Of a stretch of 64,000 nt of DNA, positions 17,144-26,497 are shown one piece after another. The notes under the pieces are model-generated. The model saw only the letters and a list, made by a program, of their open reading frames with translations, did no database searches and had not been told where the DNA came from. The translations under genes and the position numbers were made by a program. The stretch lies in the IMG/VR virus record IMGVR_UViG_3300031951_000129; one strand, given 5' to 3'. How positions within the stretch are numbered: the first letter of the stretch is position 1; every line of letters begins with the position of its first letter. Origin of the DNA: an uncultured virus (IMG/VR IMGVR_UViG_3300031951_000129). Lineage: Duplodnaviria; Heunggongvirae; Uroviricota; Caudoviricetes.

Positions 17144-17382
17144 CCATCAAGATCGACAAGGGTATCCCCCTTCCCAAGCAAGTCCGCACGAGCAAGTACC
17201 CCTTCGCCGACCTCGGCGTGGGCGACAGCTTCTTCGTGCCGGGCGTCAAGGCGGCGTCGCTGGGCAACGCGGCCAAGCACCATGCGGCCCGCACCGGCCA
17301 CAGCTACCGCAGCCGCACCGTGACCGAAGACGGCGTTCTCGGTGCACGGATCTGGCGCGTGGAAGACGCGGACGACGCATGA
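17140..17382 (+). CDS. Small putative DNA-binding protein
   Basis: IDKGIPLP...KYPFADLGVGDSFFVP...RIWRV; resembles 30456-30677. Confidence 0.7.
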   Translation: MTIKIDKGIPLPKQVRTSKYPFADLGVGDSFFVPGVKAASLGNAAKHHAARTGHSYRSRTVTEDGVLGARIWRVEDADDA

Positions 17383-17591
17383 TCTACTGGGCCATTGCCA
17401 TGGTCTATCTCGTCTTGCCGGGCGGCGACGCACTTGTTGTGCAGATGCCGTTCCGCGACGAGATGTCGTGCGGGCAGGCGCTCCCCCTTCTGGTGGACGC
17501 CGCCCGTATCGACCACCCCGAGAGCTGGGGGCAGTGCAAGCTCACCGACATGCCGTCCGGGGTCACCGTGCGGCCTCAAGCGAGGAATTAA
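17379..17591 (+). CDS. Hypothetical protein
   Basis: ATGA overlap; hydrophobic N-terminus. Confidence 0.55.
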   Translation: MIYWAIAMVYLVLPGGDALVVQMPFRDEMSCGQALPLLVDAARIDHPESWGQCKLTDMPSGVTVRPQARN

Positions 17592-17624
17592 TACGCTACC
17601 CCAACCCAACCAAGGAGACGACAA

Positions 17625-18413
17625 ATGGAAGTGACGGTAGAAACCATCACACCAGCTATCGCCGCAGCCCTGCTGGCAAACAACCCCGAGAACAGAAAAG
17701 TCAAGCGCCGCCACGTAGACCAGTTTGTGCGCGACTTGAGGTCAGGGATGTTTCAAGTTAACGGAGACACTATCCGGATAGCGACAGACGGCAGCCTGCT
17801 CGATGGCCAGCACCGCCTGCTCGCCTGTGTCGAGACCGACATGCCGTTCACCTCTATCGTCGTCCGCGGGCTACCCTCCGAGGTCCGCGCCACAATCGAC
17901 AGTGGGTCCAAGCGGACCTACGGTGACCGGCTCTCGATGCGTGGTGTCCCAAGCGCAAATCAGACCGCCGCTACCTTGAGTATGCTGGCGTCTATCGCAA
18001 CAAACTCGTGGACCACCCTCCGCCTGACGCCGCAAGAATTGGACATGGTTTTCGCCAAGCACCCCGGTGTCGTGCATAGCGTGCAGGTAGCTGCGCATGC
18101 GTTTCCCGGTGTGGCATCGACCCTATCCGCCGTGCATTATATCGGCACCTATACTGGCGTAGCGCCCCGCGCGGACGCGTTTGTCCAAGTATGGAAAACT
18201 GGGGTGCCGACGTACCACAACGACCCGGCGCATTACCTGCGCGAGATGCTTATCAAAACCAAAAACCAATCAACCCGTCTGACGCCGGAGGCTCGGGCTA
18301 AGCTAATCGTCGTTGCATGGAACAAGTTTGCCGCCGGCATACAGGTGCGGGCGCTGAAACTTCCGGATACCGTCTCGATATCGGGGTGGTCGCGCAGCGA
18401 CCTTGGATTGTAG
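17625..18413 (+). CDS. ParB/Srx-like N-terminal domain protein
   Basis: NRKVK...LLDGQHRLLAC motif. Confidence 0.75.
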   Translation: MEVTVETITPAIAAALLANNPENRKVKRRHVDQFVRDLRSGMFQVNGDTIRIATDGSLLDGQHRLLACVETDMPFTSIVVRGLPSEVRATIDSGSKRTYGDRLSMRGVPSANQTAATLSMLASIATNSWTTLRLTPQELDMVFAKHPGVVHSVQVAAHAFPGVASTLSAVHYIGTYTGVAPRADAFVQVWKTGVPTYHNDPAHYLREMLIKTKNQSTRLTPEARAKLIVVAWNKFAAGIQVRALKLPDTVSISGWSRSDLGL

Positions 18414-18441
18414 TAACGCAGAAACAAGCGAGGAGGGAATA

Positions 18442-18636
18442 ATGGACACGATGTTTGGACTATTTGCGGTGTTGGTTGTGTGGACAGTGTGGGCTATTGC
18501 CCTGTTTGGCTGGGTCATGAATATCGTTTATCTTGTCGACGCCACGGACATCGGCGTGATGGAGGTGGCACGGATCCTCGGGATCGTTCTGCCGCCAATC
18601 GGCAGCGGCCTCGGGCTTGTGGGGTGGCTGTCATGA
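18442..18636 (+). CDS. Small membrane protein
   Basis: GGAGG RBS; two hydrophobic segments. Confidence 0.65.
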   Translation: MDTMFGLFAVLVVWTVWAIALFGWVMNIVYLVDATDIGVMEVARILGIVLPPIGSGLGLVGWLS

Positions 18637-18806
18637 CGAGGGAACAGGCGCTATTGCAGGCGGTGGAGGCGGGGCGCGATGCTCTGACACACGCGCTTTA
18701 TCTTCTTGATGACGACTGCAATCAACGTCTTGGGATGGAAGGCGCATTGCGCAAGCTGGAAGAAGCCGCCGCCCTGCGCGCCAAGCTGAAGGAGGACGGG
18801 GAGTGA
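18633..18806 (+). CDS. Hypothetical protein (MTREQALLQAVE...)
   Basis: ATGA/GTGA overlaps. Confidence 0.6.
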   Translation: MTREQALLQAVEAGRDALTHALYLLDDDCNQRLGMEGALRKLEEAAALRAKLKEDGE

Positions 18807-19231
18807 CGTTCAGAACCGACACGATTATCCGCAACCCGCGCAAAGGGCACGTCTGCGACTATTGCGGCGGGTGGATACCGAAAGGTCAGCCCCACGTTTC
18901 AATTGCAGGGAAATGGGATGGCGAGTTCTACACCGCACGCGGCCATCATGATTGCATCGCCATGTGGGATGAATGCTACCCCATCTATGCCGATCATGGC
19001 GAAGGTATGGCCTTCTCATTGCAGGAGGCGATTGAGGACAGCCGCGACCTGTTGTCATGGCGCGGCCAATATCCCCACGTCATCTGCCGCATAGAATTGG
19101 GCTGGCAGAAATCTGATCTGCGATGGGCGCACCGCCTGTTGACAGAGACGACATACAGGCCAGACCCGAGCAAATATCTACACGGCGGTGAAGGCGGAAT
19201 GCCAAGGGACGACCACGGAGGCCAGCCATGA
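18803..19231 (+). CDS. Hypothetical Zn-finger-like protein
   Basis: RKGHVCDYCGGWI...HHDC motif. Confidence 0.7.
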   Translation: MTFRTDTIIRNPRKGHVCDYCGGWIPKGQPHVSIAGKWDGEFYTARGHHDCIAMWDECYPIYADHGEGMAFSLQEAIEDSRDLLSWRGQYPHVICRIELGWQKSDLRWAHRLLTETTYRPDPSKYLHGGEGGMPRDDHGGQP

Positions 19232-19569
19232 CCGATGACCTGCGGGCGCTATTGCAGGCGGTGGAGTTTCTTTTGTCGGAACGGGACGCGTCTAACCCTG
19301 TGAACGAAGCCATAGAAAAACTGCGCTCTGCATATTTCGCCGCCCTCCGAGGCGATGCGCTGGCCAAGGCGGAGGCGGAGAATGCGCGGCTGCGTTTTGA
19401 AAACACGGTCAACAGCGAAAAGATGCATTCCCTTCAAAGCGAAGTCACCAGACTGAAAGCAGGGCTGCGGATGTGGCATCTGGCGTTCAAATCTGGGCGC
19501 AATGAACAGTTGCAAATTGTGCATGAAGCTACAACAGAGTTTGCCGCCCTCGGAGGCGACGATGCCTAG
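19228..19569 (+). CDS. Hypothetical coiled-coil protein
   Basis: GGAGG RBS, ATGA overlap. Confidence 0.65.
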   Translation: MTDDLRALLQAVEFLLSERDASNPVNEAIEKLRSAYFAALRGDALAKAEAENARLRFENTVNSEKMHSLQSEVTRLKAGLRMWHLAFKSGRNEQLQIVHEATTEFAALGGDDA

Positions 19570-19635
19570 CGGCTGGTGGCTGACGCTCTGGCCCGTGGGG
19601 GCCGCGATGTGGGTCGGGATATGGGAGGCCGTGAA

Positions 19636-19953
19636 ATGGGCGATGTGACGCGCGAACAGGCACTAGAGGCGGCGCGCAGGCTTAGCCGATATGACTGGCA
19701 GGACTGGACTGCCATAGATATCGAAGATGCTGCGTCGATTGTGCGGGCCTACTCCACCCTCGCCATGCCCGCTGCGCAGGGGGTGGAGTTCACGCGCGAA
19801 CAAGCGCTGGAGGCGGCGCTGCGGGAAGCCGAGCGATTCATTGACGACGAACACCCTGAATGGCATCTCCGCCTGTCAGTGGATCAGGTGCTTAAAGTCA
19901 TCCGCACCGCCCTCGCCATGACCGCCTCGCAGGGGGTGGGCAGCCATGACTGA
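19636..19953 (+). CDS. Hypothetical protein with internal duplication
   Basis: Two TREQALEAA...LAMxAxQGV units. Confidence 0.6.
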   Translation: MGDVTREQALEAARRLSRYDWQDWTAIDIEDAASIVRAYSTLAMPAAQGVEFTREQALEAALREAERFIDDEHPEWHLRLSVDQVLKVIRTALAMTASQGVGSHD

Positions 19954-20260
19954 CAAACCAACCCGAGTGCAGATCCTCGAACGCGGAGCGGCCCTCACCG
20001 CCGGTGACCGCGACCGCACCTACGGACCACCTCACCTGAACTTCAGCGCCTGCGCCACGCTCTGGGAGGCGTACCTGTCGGCCAAGACCCGCGGCGGCGC
20101 CGCCCCCAAGATCACGGCAGAAGACGTCGCCCATATGATGTCGCTGGTGAAGATGTCCCGCACCTTCTACGGCGGGTACCACGAGGACAATTACGTCGAC
20201 AGCGCCACCTACGAGGCCATCGCCGGGGAGTGCCGCAAGATATCCGTGGGGGAGACATGA
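19946..20260 (+). CDS. DUF6378-like protein
   Basis: GDRDRTYG...NF...LW...DVAHMMSLVKMSR...DNYVD motif. Confidence 0.8.
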   Translation: MTDKPTRVQILERGAALTAGDRDRTYGPPHLNFSACATLWEAYLSAKTRGGAAPKITAEDVAHMMSLVKMSRTFYGGYHEDNYVDSATYEAIAGECRKISVGET

Positions 20261-20499
20261 TGGGAAGCGAATACCTGCGTCGCCTTGGGCCAAAGACCCG
20301 AGCCCTCGTCGCGACGCTGCCGCCGCAGGGCGATTGGTCCATTGTCAAGACACGCGACCACTACTTTCTCTACGACGGATTGACACGAGTATCCTGTGTA
20401 GGAAACAACTCAGGAATACCCAACACACGATACGACGTAAAGAACGTACACGACATCCAGAAGTACGTTTCCGAGCGTTATGCAGGGAGCATAACATGA
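20257..20499 (+). CDS. Hypothetical protein
   Basis: ATGA overlaps. Confidence 0.6.
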   Translation: MMGSEYLRRLGPKTRALVATLPPQGDWSIVKTRDHYFLYDGLTRVSCVGNNSGIPNTRYDVKNVHDIQKYVSERYAGSIT

Positions 20500-20957
20500 C
20501 TGTGCCGTTCACCGCAGTGCAGCTTGCTGTCGCTAACTTCTACGGCGTCACTATCGAGACCCTGTTCGACGACAGCCGCAAGAAGCCAATCTCCACGTAT
20601 CGGCAGGTAGCCATGGTAGTCGCGCGCCGCGCCTGCTGCCTGTCCACAACCAAGGTCGGACGCCTGTTCAACGAGCGGGACCACTCCACTGTGGTGCATG
20701 CCGAGCGCGTCGTCGACCGCACGCCAGAATTGAAAGACGCGGCACTCACGATCATAGCCAAGCTGCGCGGCACGCACGACGATGGGTGGATCAAGGCCGT
20801 CCCGTTCAAGCACCGCCCGCTGCCGCCCGCGCATGTGCACCGTCCGCGTACCCTGTCGCAGACCCCGAAGCACCGGCTCAAGAACCTGCAGGCGCAGAAT
20901 GACGGCATGGGGCGCGCGGCGCCGATCACCCTACCAAAATTCCCGTGGGAGCCGTAG
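20496..20957 (+). CDS. DnaA domain IV-like HTH protein
   Basis: VANFYGV...RQVAM...LSTTKVGRLFNERDHSTVVHA matches the DnaA C-terminal signature. Confidence 0.85.
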   Translation: MTVPFTAVQLAVANFYGVTIETLFDDSRKKPISTYRQVAMVVARRACCLSTTKVGRLFNERDHSTVVHAERVVDRTPELKDAALTIIAKLRGTHDDGWIKAVPFKHRPLPPAHVHRPRTLSQTPKHRLKNLQAQNDGMGRAAPITLPKFPWEP

Positions 20958-20962
20958 TCAGG

Positions 20963-22798
20963 ATGAAAATAATCACGGTCGATTTTGAAACCTACTACAG
21001 CAAAGAGTACAGCTTATCCAAGCTGACGACCGAAGAGTACATCCGCGACCCGCGGTTTCAGGTTATCGGTGTCAGCGTCAAGGTCGACGCCGCGCCAGCG
21101 AGGTGGTTCACCGGCACCGCCAAGGAGATCATCGCCCATCTGCGCAGCTTCGAGATGGAGAAGCACGCGGTACTCTGCCAGAACACGCTGTTCGACGGGG
21201 CCATCCTGTCGTGGCGCTGCGGCATCCGACCAAAGCGCCTGCTGGATACGATGTGCATGTCCCGGGCCCTGCATGGGGTCAACGCGCGCCACAGTCTCGA
21301 AGCGCTGGCCAAGCGGTACGGCGTCGGCACAAAGGGCACCGCAGTGCTACGCGCCATCGGCAAGCGTCGGCTCGACTTTACCCCCGCCGAAATGGCCGAG
21401 TACGGCGAGTACGGCATAGACGACTCAGACCTGACCTACGCCATCTTCACCAAGATGATCGAGGCAGGGTTCCCCGCTATCGAGCTGCAGCTGATCGACC
21501 TGACCCTGCGCATGTTCACCGAGCCCGTGTTGATGCTCGACGTGCCGCACCTCGAAGGCCACCTGCAGCGGACGGTGGAGGCGAAAGATCAGATGCTCAC
21601 GGACGCCGGTGTCACGGACAAGAAGGACCTCATGTCGAACAACAAGTTCGCGGACATGCTGCGCGCCCTCGGTGTCGATCCGCCGATGAAGATCAGCGCT
21701 AAGACCGGCAAGGAAGCCTACGCCATGGCCAAGAGCGACGAGGAGTTCGTCGCCCTGCAGGAGCACGAGGATATCCGGGTACAGACGCTTGTGTCTGCCC
21801 GTCTTGGCAACAAGAGCACCATCGAGGAGACGCGCACGCAGCGACTGATCGACATTGGCAACCGCGGCGTGTTCCCTGTCCCCCTGCGGTACTACGCTGC
21901 CCACACCGGCCGCTGGGGCGGCACCGACAAGATCAACCTGCAGAACCTTCCGTCGCGCGGGCCCAACGCCAAGCAGATCAAGAAGGCCATCATCGCCCCC
22001 AAGGGCTATGTCATCATCGAGTGCGACTCGTCGCAGATCGAGGCGCGCGTGCTCGCGTGGCTGGCCGGGCAGGAAGATCTCGTGGCCGCGTTCGCCCGCA
22101 AAGACGACGTGTACAAGCTGATGGCGTCGAAGCTGTTCGGCGTCGACATCGCCGACATCGACAAGCAGCAGCGCCAGATCGGCAAGGTCGTCGTGCTCGG
22201 CTGCGGGTACGGCATCGGTCACGCGAAGCTGCAGGTGTTCCTCAAGCTGCAGGCGGGGGTCGTGGTGTCGCTCGACGAGGCCAAGCGGATCATCGACGTG
22301 TACCGGTTCTCCAACGACCGTATCAGCCAGCTGTGGAAGGACGCGCAGAACACCCTCAAGCACCTCACCCTCGGAGACCGCCTGCCGTTCGGGCGCGCTG
22401 GCGTGCTCGACGTAGACCCCCGGGCACCGGGGATCATCCTGCCGAACGGCCTGCCTATCCTGTACGACAACCTGCGTGCAGAGGCTGGCGAAAAAGGGTA
22501 CGAGTACTTCTACGATACAAGACAAGGTCCGACGCGTATCTACGGTGGCAAATGCGTCGAGAACGTCGTGCAGGCGCTTGCGCGTATCGTCGTGGGCGAG
22601 CAGATGGTAAAGATCTCAAAACGGTACAGACCTATCTTGACAGTGCACGACAGTGTCGTATCCTGCGTTCCCGAGGCCGAAGCAGACGACGCCCGGGAGT
22701 ACATCGAAACCTGCATGCGCTGGACACCGAAGTGGGCGCCGGGTCTCCCGGTCAACTGCGAGTCTGGTGTGGGCACGAGCTACGGAGCCTGCGAGTGA
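20963..22798 (+). CDS. polA: Family A DNA polymerase with 3'-5' exonuclease
   Basis: Exo I DFETY, HTGRWGG, NLQNLP, motif A DSSQIEAR, motif B RQIGKVVVLGCGYG, motif C TVHDS. Confidence 0.95.
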   Translation: MKIITVDFETYYSKEYSLSKLTTEEYIRDPRFQVIGVSVKVDAAPARWFTGTAKEIIAHLRSFEMEKHAVLCQNTLFDGAILSWRCGIRPKRLLDTMCMSRALHGVNARHSLEALAKRYGVGTKGTAVLRAIGKRRLDFTPAEMAEYGEYGIDDSDLTYAIFTKMIEAGFPAIELQLIDLTLRMFTEPVLMLDVPHLEGHLQRTVEAKDQMLTDAGVTDKKDLMSNNKFADMLRALGVDPPMKISAKTGKEAYAMAKSDEEFVALQEHEDIRVQTLVSARLGNKSTIEETRTQRLIDIGNRGVFPVPLRYYAAHTGRWGGTDKINLQNLPSRGPNAKQIKKAIIAPKGYVIIECDSSQIEARVLAWLAGQEDLVAAFARKDDVYKLMASKLFGVDIADIDKQQRQIGKVVVLGCGYGIGHAKLQVFLKLQAGVVVSLDEAKRIIDVYRFSNDRISQLWKDAQNTLKHLTLGDRLPFGRAGVLDVDPRAPGIILPNGLPILYDNLRAEAGEKGYEYFYDTRQGPTRIYGGKCVENVVQALARIVVGEQMVKISKRYRPILTVHDSVVSCVPEAEADDAREYIETCMRWTPKWAPGLPVNCESGVGTSYGACE

Positions 22799-23466
22799 CT
22801 GCATCCCCCGCCCCATGGTCGTTCAGCAAGATCAAGTCCTTCGACACGTGCCCCAAGCAGTTCTACCACGTGCACGTCCTCAAGCAGTTCCCATACCAAG
22901 AGACCGAGGCCACGCTCTACGGCACCGAGTTCCACAAGGCAGCCGAGGAGTTCATCCGCGACGGAACACCAGTTCCCGCCAAGTTCGCCTTCGCCGCCGA
23001 CGCGCTGCAGGTGCTGGCCGACAAGCCCGGCGACAAGTACTGCGAGTACAAGTTCGGCATCACCGACGCACTGGAGCCCTGCGACTTCTTCGCCAAGAAC
23101 GTCTGGTTTCGCGGCATCGTGGACCTACTGATCGTCGACGGTGACACCGCGTGGATGATCGACTACAAGTCGGGCAAGTCGGCGCGCTACGCCGAGAAGG
23201 GCCAGCTTGAACTCATGGCGCTGGCGATGTTCCGGCACTTCCCGCAGGTCAAGCACATCCGCGCCGGGCTGCTGTTCGTCATCGCGACCGAGTTCATCAA
23301 GGACACCTACGCCCGCAACAAGAGCAAAGAACTCTGGCTGAAATGGCTGTCAGAGTATGCTAAGATGGAGACGGCGTTCGACGCCGGAGTCTGGAACCCG
23401 AAACCGAGCGGTCTGTGCAAAAAACACTGCCCCGTGCTCGAATGCCCGCATAACGGAGGTGCGTAA
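22795..23466 (+). CDS. PD-(D/E)XK (RecB/Cas4-like) exonuclease
   Basis: WSFSKIKSFDTCPKQ, GTEFH, GIVDLL, IDYKSG, QL and a C-terminal Cys cluster. Confidence 0.88.
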   Translation: MTASPAPWSFSKIKSFDTCPKQFYHVHVLKQFPYQETEATLYGTEFHKAAEEFIRDGTPVPAKFAFAADALQVLADKPGDKYCEYKFGITDALEPCDFFAKNVWFRGIVDLLIVDGDTAWMIDYKSGKSARYAEKGQLELMALAMFRHFPQVKHIRAGLLFVIATEFIKDTYARNKSKELWLKWLSEYAKMETAFDAGVWNPKPSGLCKKHCPVLECPHNGGA

Positions 23467-23942
23467 TGACTACCCAAGATATCGCTGACGGCGCTGACAC
23501 GATGATCCTGCTAAACGCAGAAGTCGAGAAGCGCATCCTGCTGGCGCTGCAGGCAGTCCTGCCGACGCTGCTGTTCACACCCCTGCATACTTCGGCGGTG
23601 ACCCCCAAGACCGCCGACGACGAGCTGGATCAGCTTCGGGCGTCCACGGCCGCCGCCCTGCGCACCTGCGTGGAGAAAATCGTGCAGATGTACGCGTCCA
23701 CGTACACCCACCAGCTGTACGGAAGCTCGGTGTATCAGACCGGGTACAGCCCTCCGAGCTACACAACCGCAACACAGATCGCTACCCAACAGCAGCTCGC
23801 CGCCCAACACCAGCAGATGATCCAAGCGCATCTCGCTTCTCAATACCGGCAGACGGCTAAATACCAGCCGCCGCAAAGTATCATGGAACGTATCGAAGTC
23901 GCCGGCGTAGGAGCGATACGCATTGCAGAGGAGGGAGCCTGA
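23466..23942 (+). CDS. Hypothetical protein
   Basis: GGAGG RBS, TAATG coupling. Confidence 0.6.
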   Translation: MTTQDIADGADTMILLNAEVEKRILLALQAVLPTLLFTPLHTSAVTPKTADDELDQLRASTAAALRTCVEKIVQMYASTYTHQLYGSSVYQTGYSPPSYTTATQIATQQQLAAQHQQMIQAHLASQYRQTAKYQPPQSIMERIEVAGVGAIRIAEEGA

Positions 23943-24208
23943 TGCCCTACAAGAACCCAGAGCAGGACCGCGACTACAAGCAGGAATACAAGAACCAGAA
24001 GGAGCGGGGTGAGCACGAGGACCGCATGGAGCGTCAGCGGGCTCGGAACGCGTTCGACAAGAAGCACGGGCGCTCCGCCCGCAAGGGCAAGGACATCGGC
24101 CATAACAAGCCGCTGGCCCGGGGCGGAAGCAACGCCGACGGCTACAAGCTGGAAGACCCGAGCAAGAACCGTGCCAAGGGCGGCGCGATGAACGGCAAGA
24201 AAAAATAG
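23942..24208 (+). CDS. Small HNH-like protein
   Basis: GKDIGHNKPLARGGSN...SKNRA. Confidence 0.7.
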   Translation: MPYKNPEQDRDYKQEYKNQKERGEHEDRMERQRARNAFDKKHGRSARKGKDIGHNKPLARGGSNADGYKLEDPSKNRAKGGAMNGKKK

Positions 24209-24240
24209 GGCGGTATGCGCCCTACATAACCGGAGCCGAC

Positions 24241-25776
24241 ATGCAGATCTTCCAGAACAAGGCGCTCCTTCTGCGCCTCAAGAACCCCGCACCTGTGCTC
24301 GCTGCAGTGCCAGACAGTCAGGCCGTGGACGAGCACACGGTGGCCGTGAAGTGGGACGTGCCACAAACCCACGCACTACGTCGGCTCAAGCTGGCGGCTC
24401 CGTCGCCGATCACCGGCCGGTACAACTGGCCCGGCAAACACCGGCCCTTCAAGCACCAGAAGGACACCGCGGCGTTCCTGACGCTGCACCAGCGGGCGTT
24501 CTGTTTTTCGGAGCAGGGGACTGGCAAGACGTCGAGCGCCATTTGGGCCGCCGACTTCCTCATGACCCGCGGTGTCATCCGCCGCGTGCTGGTGGTCTGC
24601 CCGGTGTCGATCATGGGCGCGGCATGGCGCGCGGACCTGTTCAACGTCGCGATGCACCGCACCGTGGACATCGCCTACGGCTCTGCCGAGAAGCGCCGCA
24701 AGATCATCGCGGGCGGCGCCGAGTTCATCATCATCAACTTCGACGGGCTGCAGATCGTCAAGGATGAGATCCTTGCCGGTGGGTTCGACCTCATCATCGT
24801 CGACGAGGCCAGCAGCTACCAGAACACCCAGACCCGCCGGTGGAAGACGCTGGCCAAGCTGCTGAAGCCCGACACGTGGCTGTGGATGATGACCGGTACC
24901 CCCGCCGCGCAGGGGCCCGAGAAAGCCTATGGTCTGGCCAAGCTGGTCAACCCCGGCAACATCCCCAAGACCTTCGGCGCGTTCCGCGATCAGGTGATGT
25001 ACAAGATCACCCAGTTCAAATGGGGCGTGAAGGAAAACGCCGTCGATGTCGTCTACCGGGCGCTGCAACCGGCCATCCGCTTCACCAAGGAGGAGTGCCT
25101 CGATCTGCCCGACCTCGTGTACACCAAGCGCGACGTCGAGATGACCCCGCAGCAGAAGCGGGTCTACGAGAAACTCCGCAAGGAGATGCTGCTGACGGCA
25201 GGGGGAGAGACGGTCACCGCGTCCAACGCGGCCATCGTCATGACCAAGCTGCTGCAGATTTCGTCTGGCTCGGTCTACACCGACGATCAGAACACGATCC
25301 ATCTCGACATCAGCAGCCGGTACAAGGTGCTCAAGGAAGTCGTCGACGAGGCAGCCAACAAGCTGCTGGTGTTCGTGCCCTACAAGCACACGATCCGGCA
25401 GGTGGCCGAGAAACTGCGCGCCGACGGGGTGACCTGCGACGTCATCAGCGGCGACGTGTCTGCGAGTGACCGCACCGACGTGTTCCACGCCTTTCAGACC
25501 GCGACCGACCCGCGCGTGCTCATCATCCAGCCGCAAGCTGCGGCCCACGGCGTCACGCTGACCGCCGCCGACACCATCGTCTGGTGGGGCCCCGTCGCCT
25601 CGCTGGAGACCTATGCACAGGCCAACGCCCGTATCCACCGGCATGGCCAGACCAACAAGTGCACCGTCGTGCAGCTCGTGGGCTCGACGGTCGAGCGCCG
25701 CGTGTACAGCATGCTGGACGACAAGATCGACGTCCATTCGCGGCTGGTCGATCTGTACCAGAGTTTGCTTGACTAA
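24241..25776 (+). CDS. SNF2-like SF2 helicase
   Basis: EQGTGKT, IVDEA, MTGTP, HGVTLT and QANARIHRHGQ motifs. Confidence 0.93.
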   Translation: MQIFQNKALLLRLKNPAPVLAAVPDSQAVDEHTVAVKWDVPQTHALRRLKLAAPSPITGRYNWPGKHRPFKHQKDTAAFLTLHQRAFCFSEQGTGKTSSAIWAADFLMTRGVIRRVLVVCPVSIMGAAWRADLFNVAMHRTVDIAYGSAEKRRKIIAGGAEFIIINFDGLQIVKDEILAGGFDLIIVDEASSYQNTQTRRWKTLAKLLKPDTWLWMMTGTPAAQGPEKAYGLAKLVNPGNIPKTFGAFRDQVMYKITQFKWGVKENAVDVVYRALQPAIRFTKEECLDLPDLVYTKRDVEMTPQQKRVYEKLRKEMLLTAGGETVTASNAAIVMTKLLQISSGSVYTDDQNTIHLDISSRYKVLKEVVDEAANKLLVFVPYKHTIRQVAEKLRADGVTCDVISGDVSASDRTDVFHAFQTATDPRVLIIQPQAAAHGVTLTAADTIVWWGPVASLETYAQANARIHRHGQTNKCTVVQLVGSTVERRVYSMLDDKIDVHSRLVDLYQSLLD

Positions 25777-25832
25777 GCGCTAATAATGCGCTATCACCGT
25801 AAAACAACAATAAACGCCCGTAGGAGACCGAC

Positions 25833-26249
25833 ATGGCTGAGACTGAACCCAAAGTGAACACCGACCCGTCAGTCGACAAAATGACGAAGGTGTACATCAA
25901 GATGCGTGACGCCAAAGCCAAGCTGGCTGCGGAGTTCAAAAAGGCCGACGACGAACTCACCGAGAAGATGGACACGATCAAGCTGGCGCTGCTCGACTAC
26001 TGCAAGCAGCACAACGTCGAGAGCGTTCGCACCTCGGAGGGACTGTTCTACCGCACCGTCAAGACGCGGTACTGGACCAGCGACTGGGCGGCGATGCACG
26101 CATTCATCCTTGAGCATGAGGTGCCCGACTTCTTGGAGAAGCGGCTCAATCAGGGCGTCGTCAAGGAGTTCTTGGAGGCCAACCCCGACGTCGCGCCACC
26201 CGGCCTGAACACCAACTCGGAGTACACCCTGTCTGTGAGGAAAGCATGA
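25833..26249 (+). CDS. Conserved replication-region coiled-coil protein
   Basis: AGGAG RBS; SVRTSEG...DW...FLEKR...PPG. Confidence 0.75.
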   Translation: MAETEPKVNTDPSVDKMTKVYIKMRDAKAKLAAEFKKADDELTEKMDTIKLALLDYCKQHNVESVRTSEGLFYRTVKTRYWTSDWAAMHAFILEHEVPDFLEKRLNQGVVKEFLEANPDVAPPGLNTNSEYTLSVRKA

Positions 26250-26494
26250 CCATCGCCCACTACGTCTCTACCGCCGACGTCGCCGCGCGCTTCAACGTGT
26301 CGTCGTCGACCATCATGGGAATGATCCGCGCCGGGGAACTCCCGGCAGGGTCGTACCTGCGCATCGGCCGCGTCTACCGTTTCGATCTGGAACGGATCGA
26401 GGTGGAGCTGCTGAAACGGGCCGCGACGAAGCCCGCGCCCCCCGCCGAAGCCCAGCTGGGCTTCGACTTCGACCCCAACGAAACTCTGGAGTAA
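26246..26494 (+). CDS. Excisionase/MerR-like HTH protein
   Basis: VSTADVAARFNVSSSTIMGMIRAGELP...RIGRVYRF. Confidence 0.8.
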   Translation: MTIAHYVSTADVAARFNVSSSTIMGMIRAGELPAGSYLRIGRVYRFDLERIEVELLKRAATKPAPPAEAQLGFDFDPNETLE

Positions 26495-26497
26495 GAC

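Noticed and set aside
3289..20495. 19-bp palindromes as integron attC or dif sites
   Set aside because: Arm order and length do not fit attC (RYYYAAC...GTTRRRY, over 55 bp) or dif (CATAA-N6-TTATG), and no tyrosine recombinase was seen. Kept only as a loose alternative.
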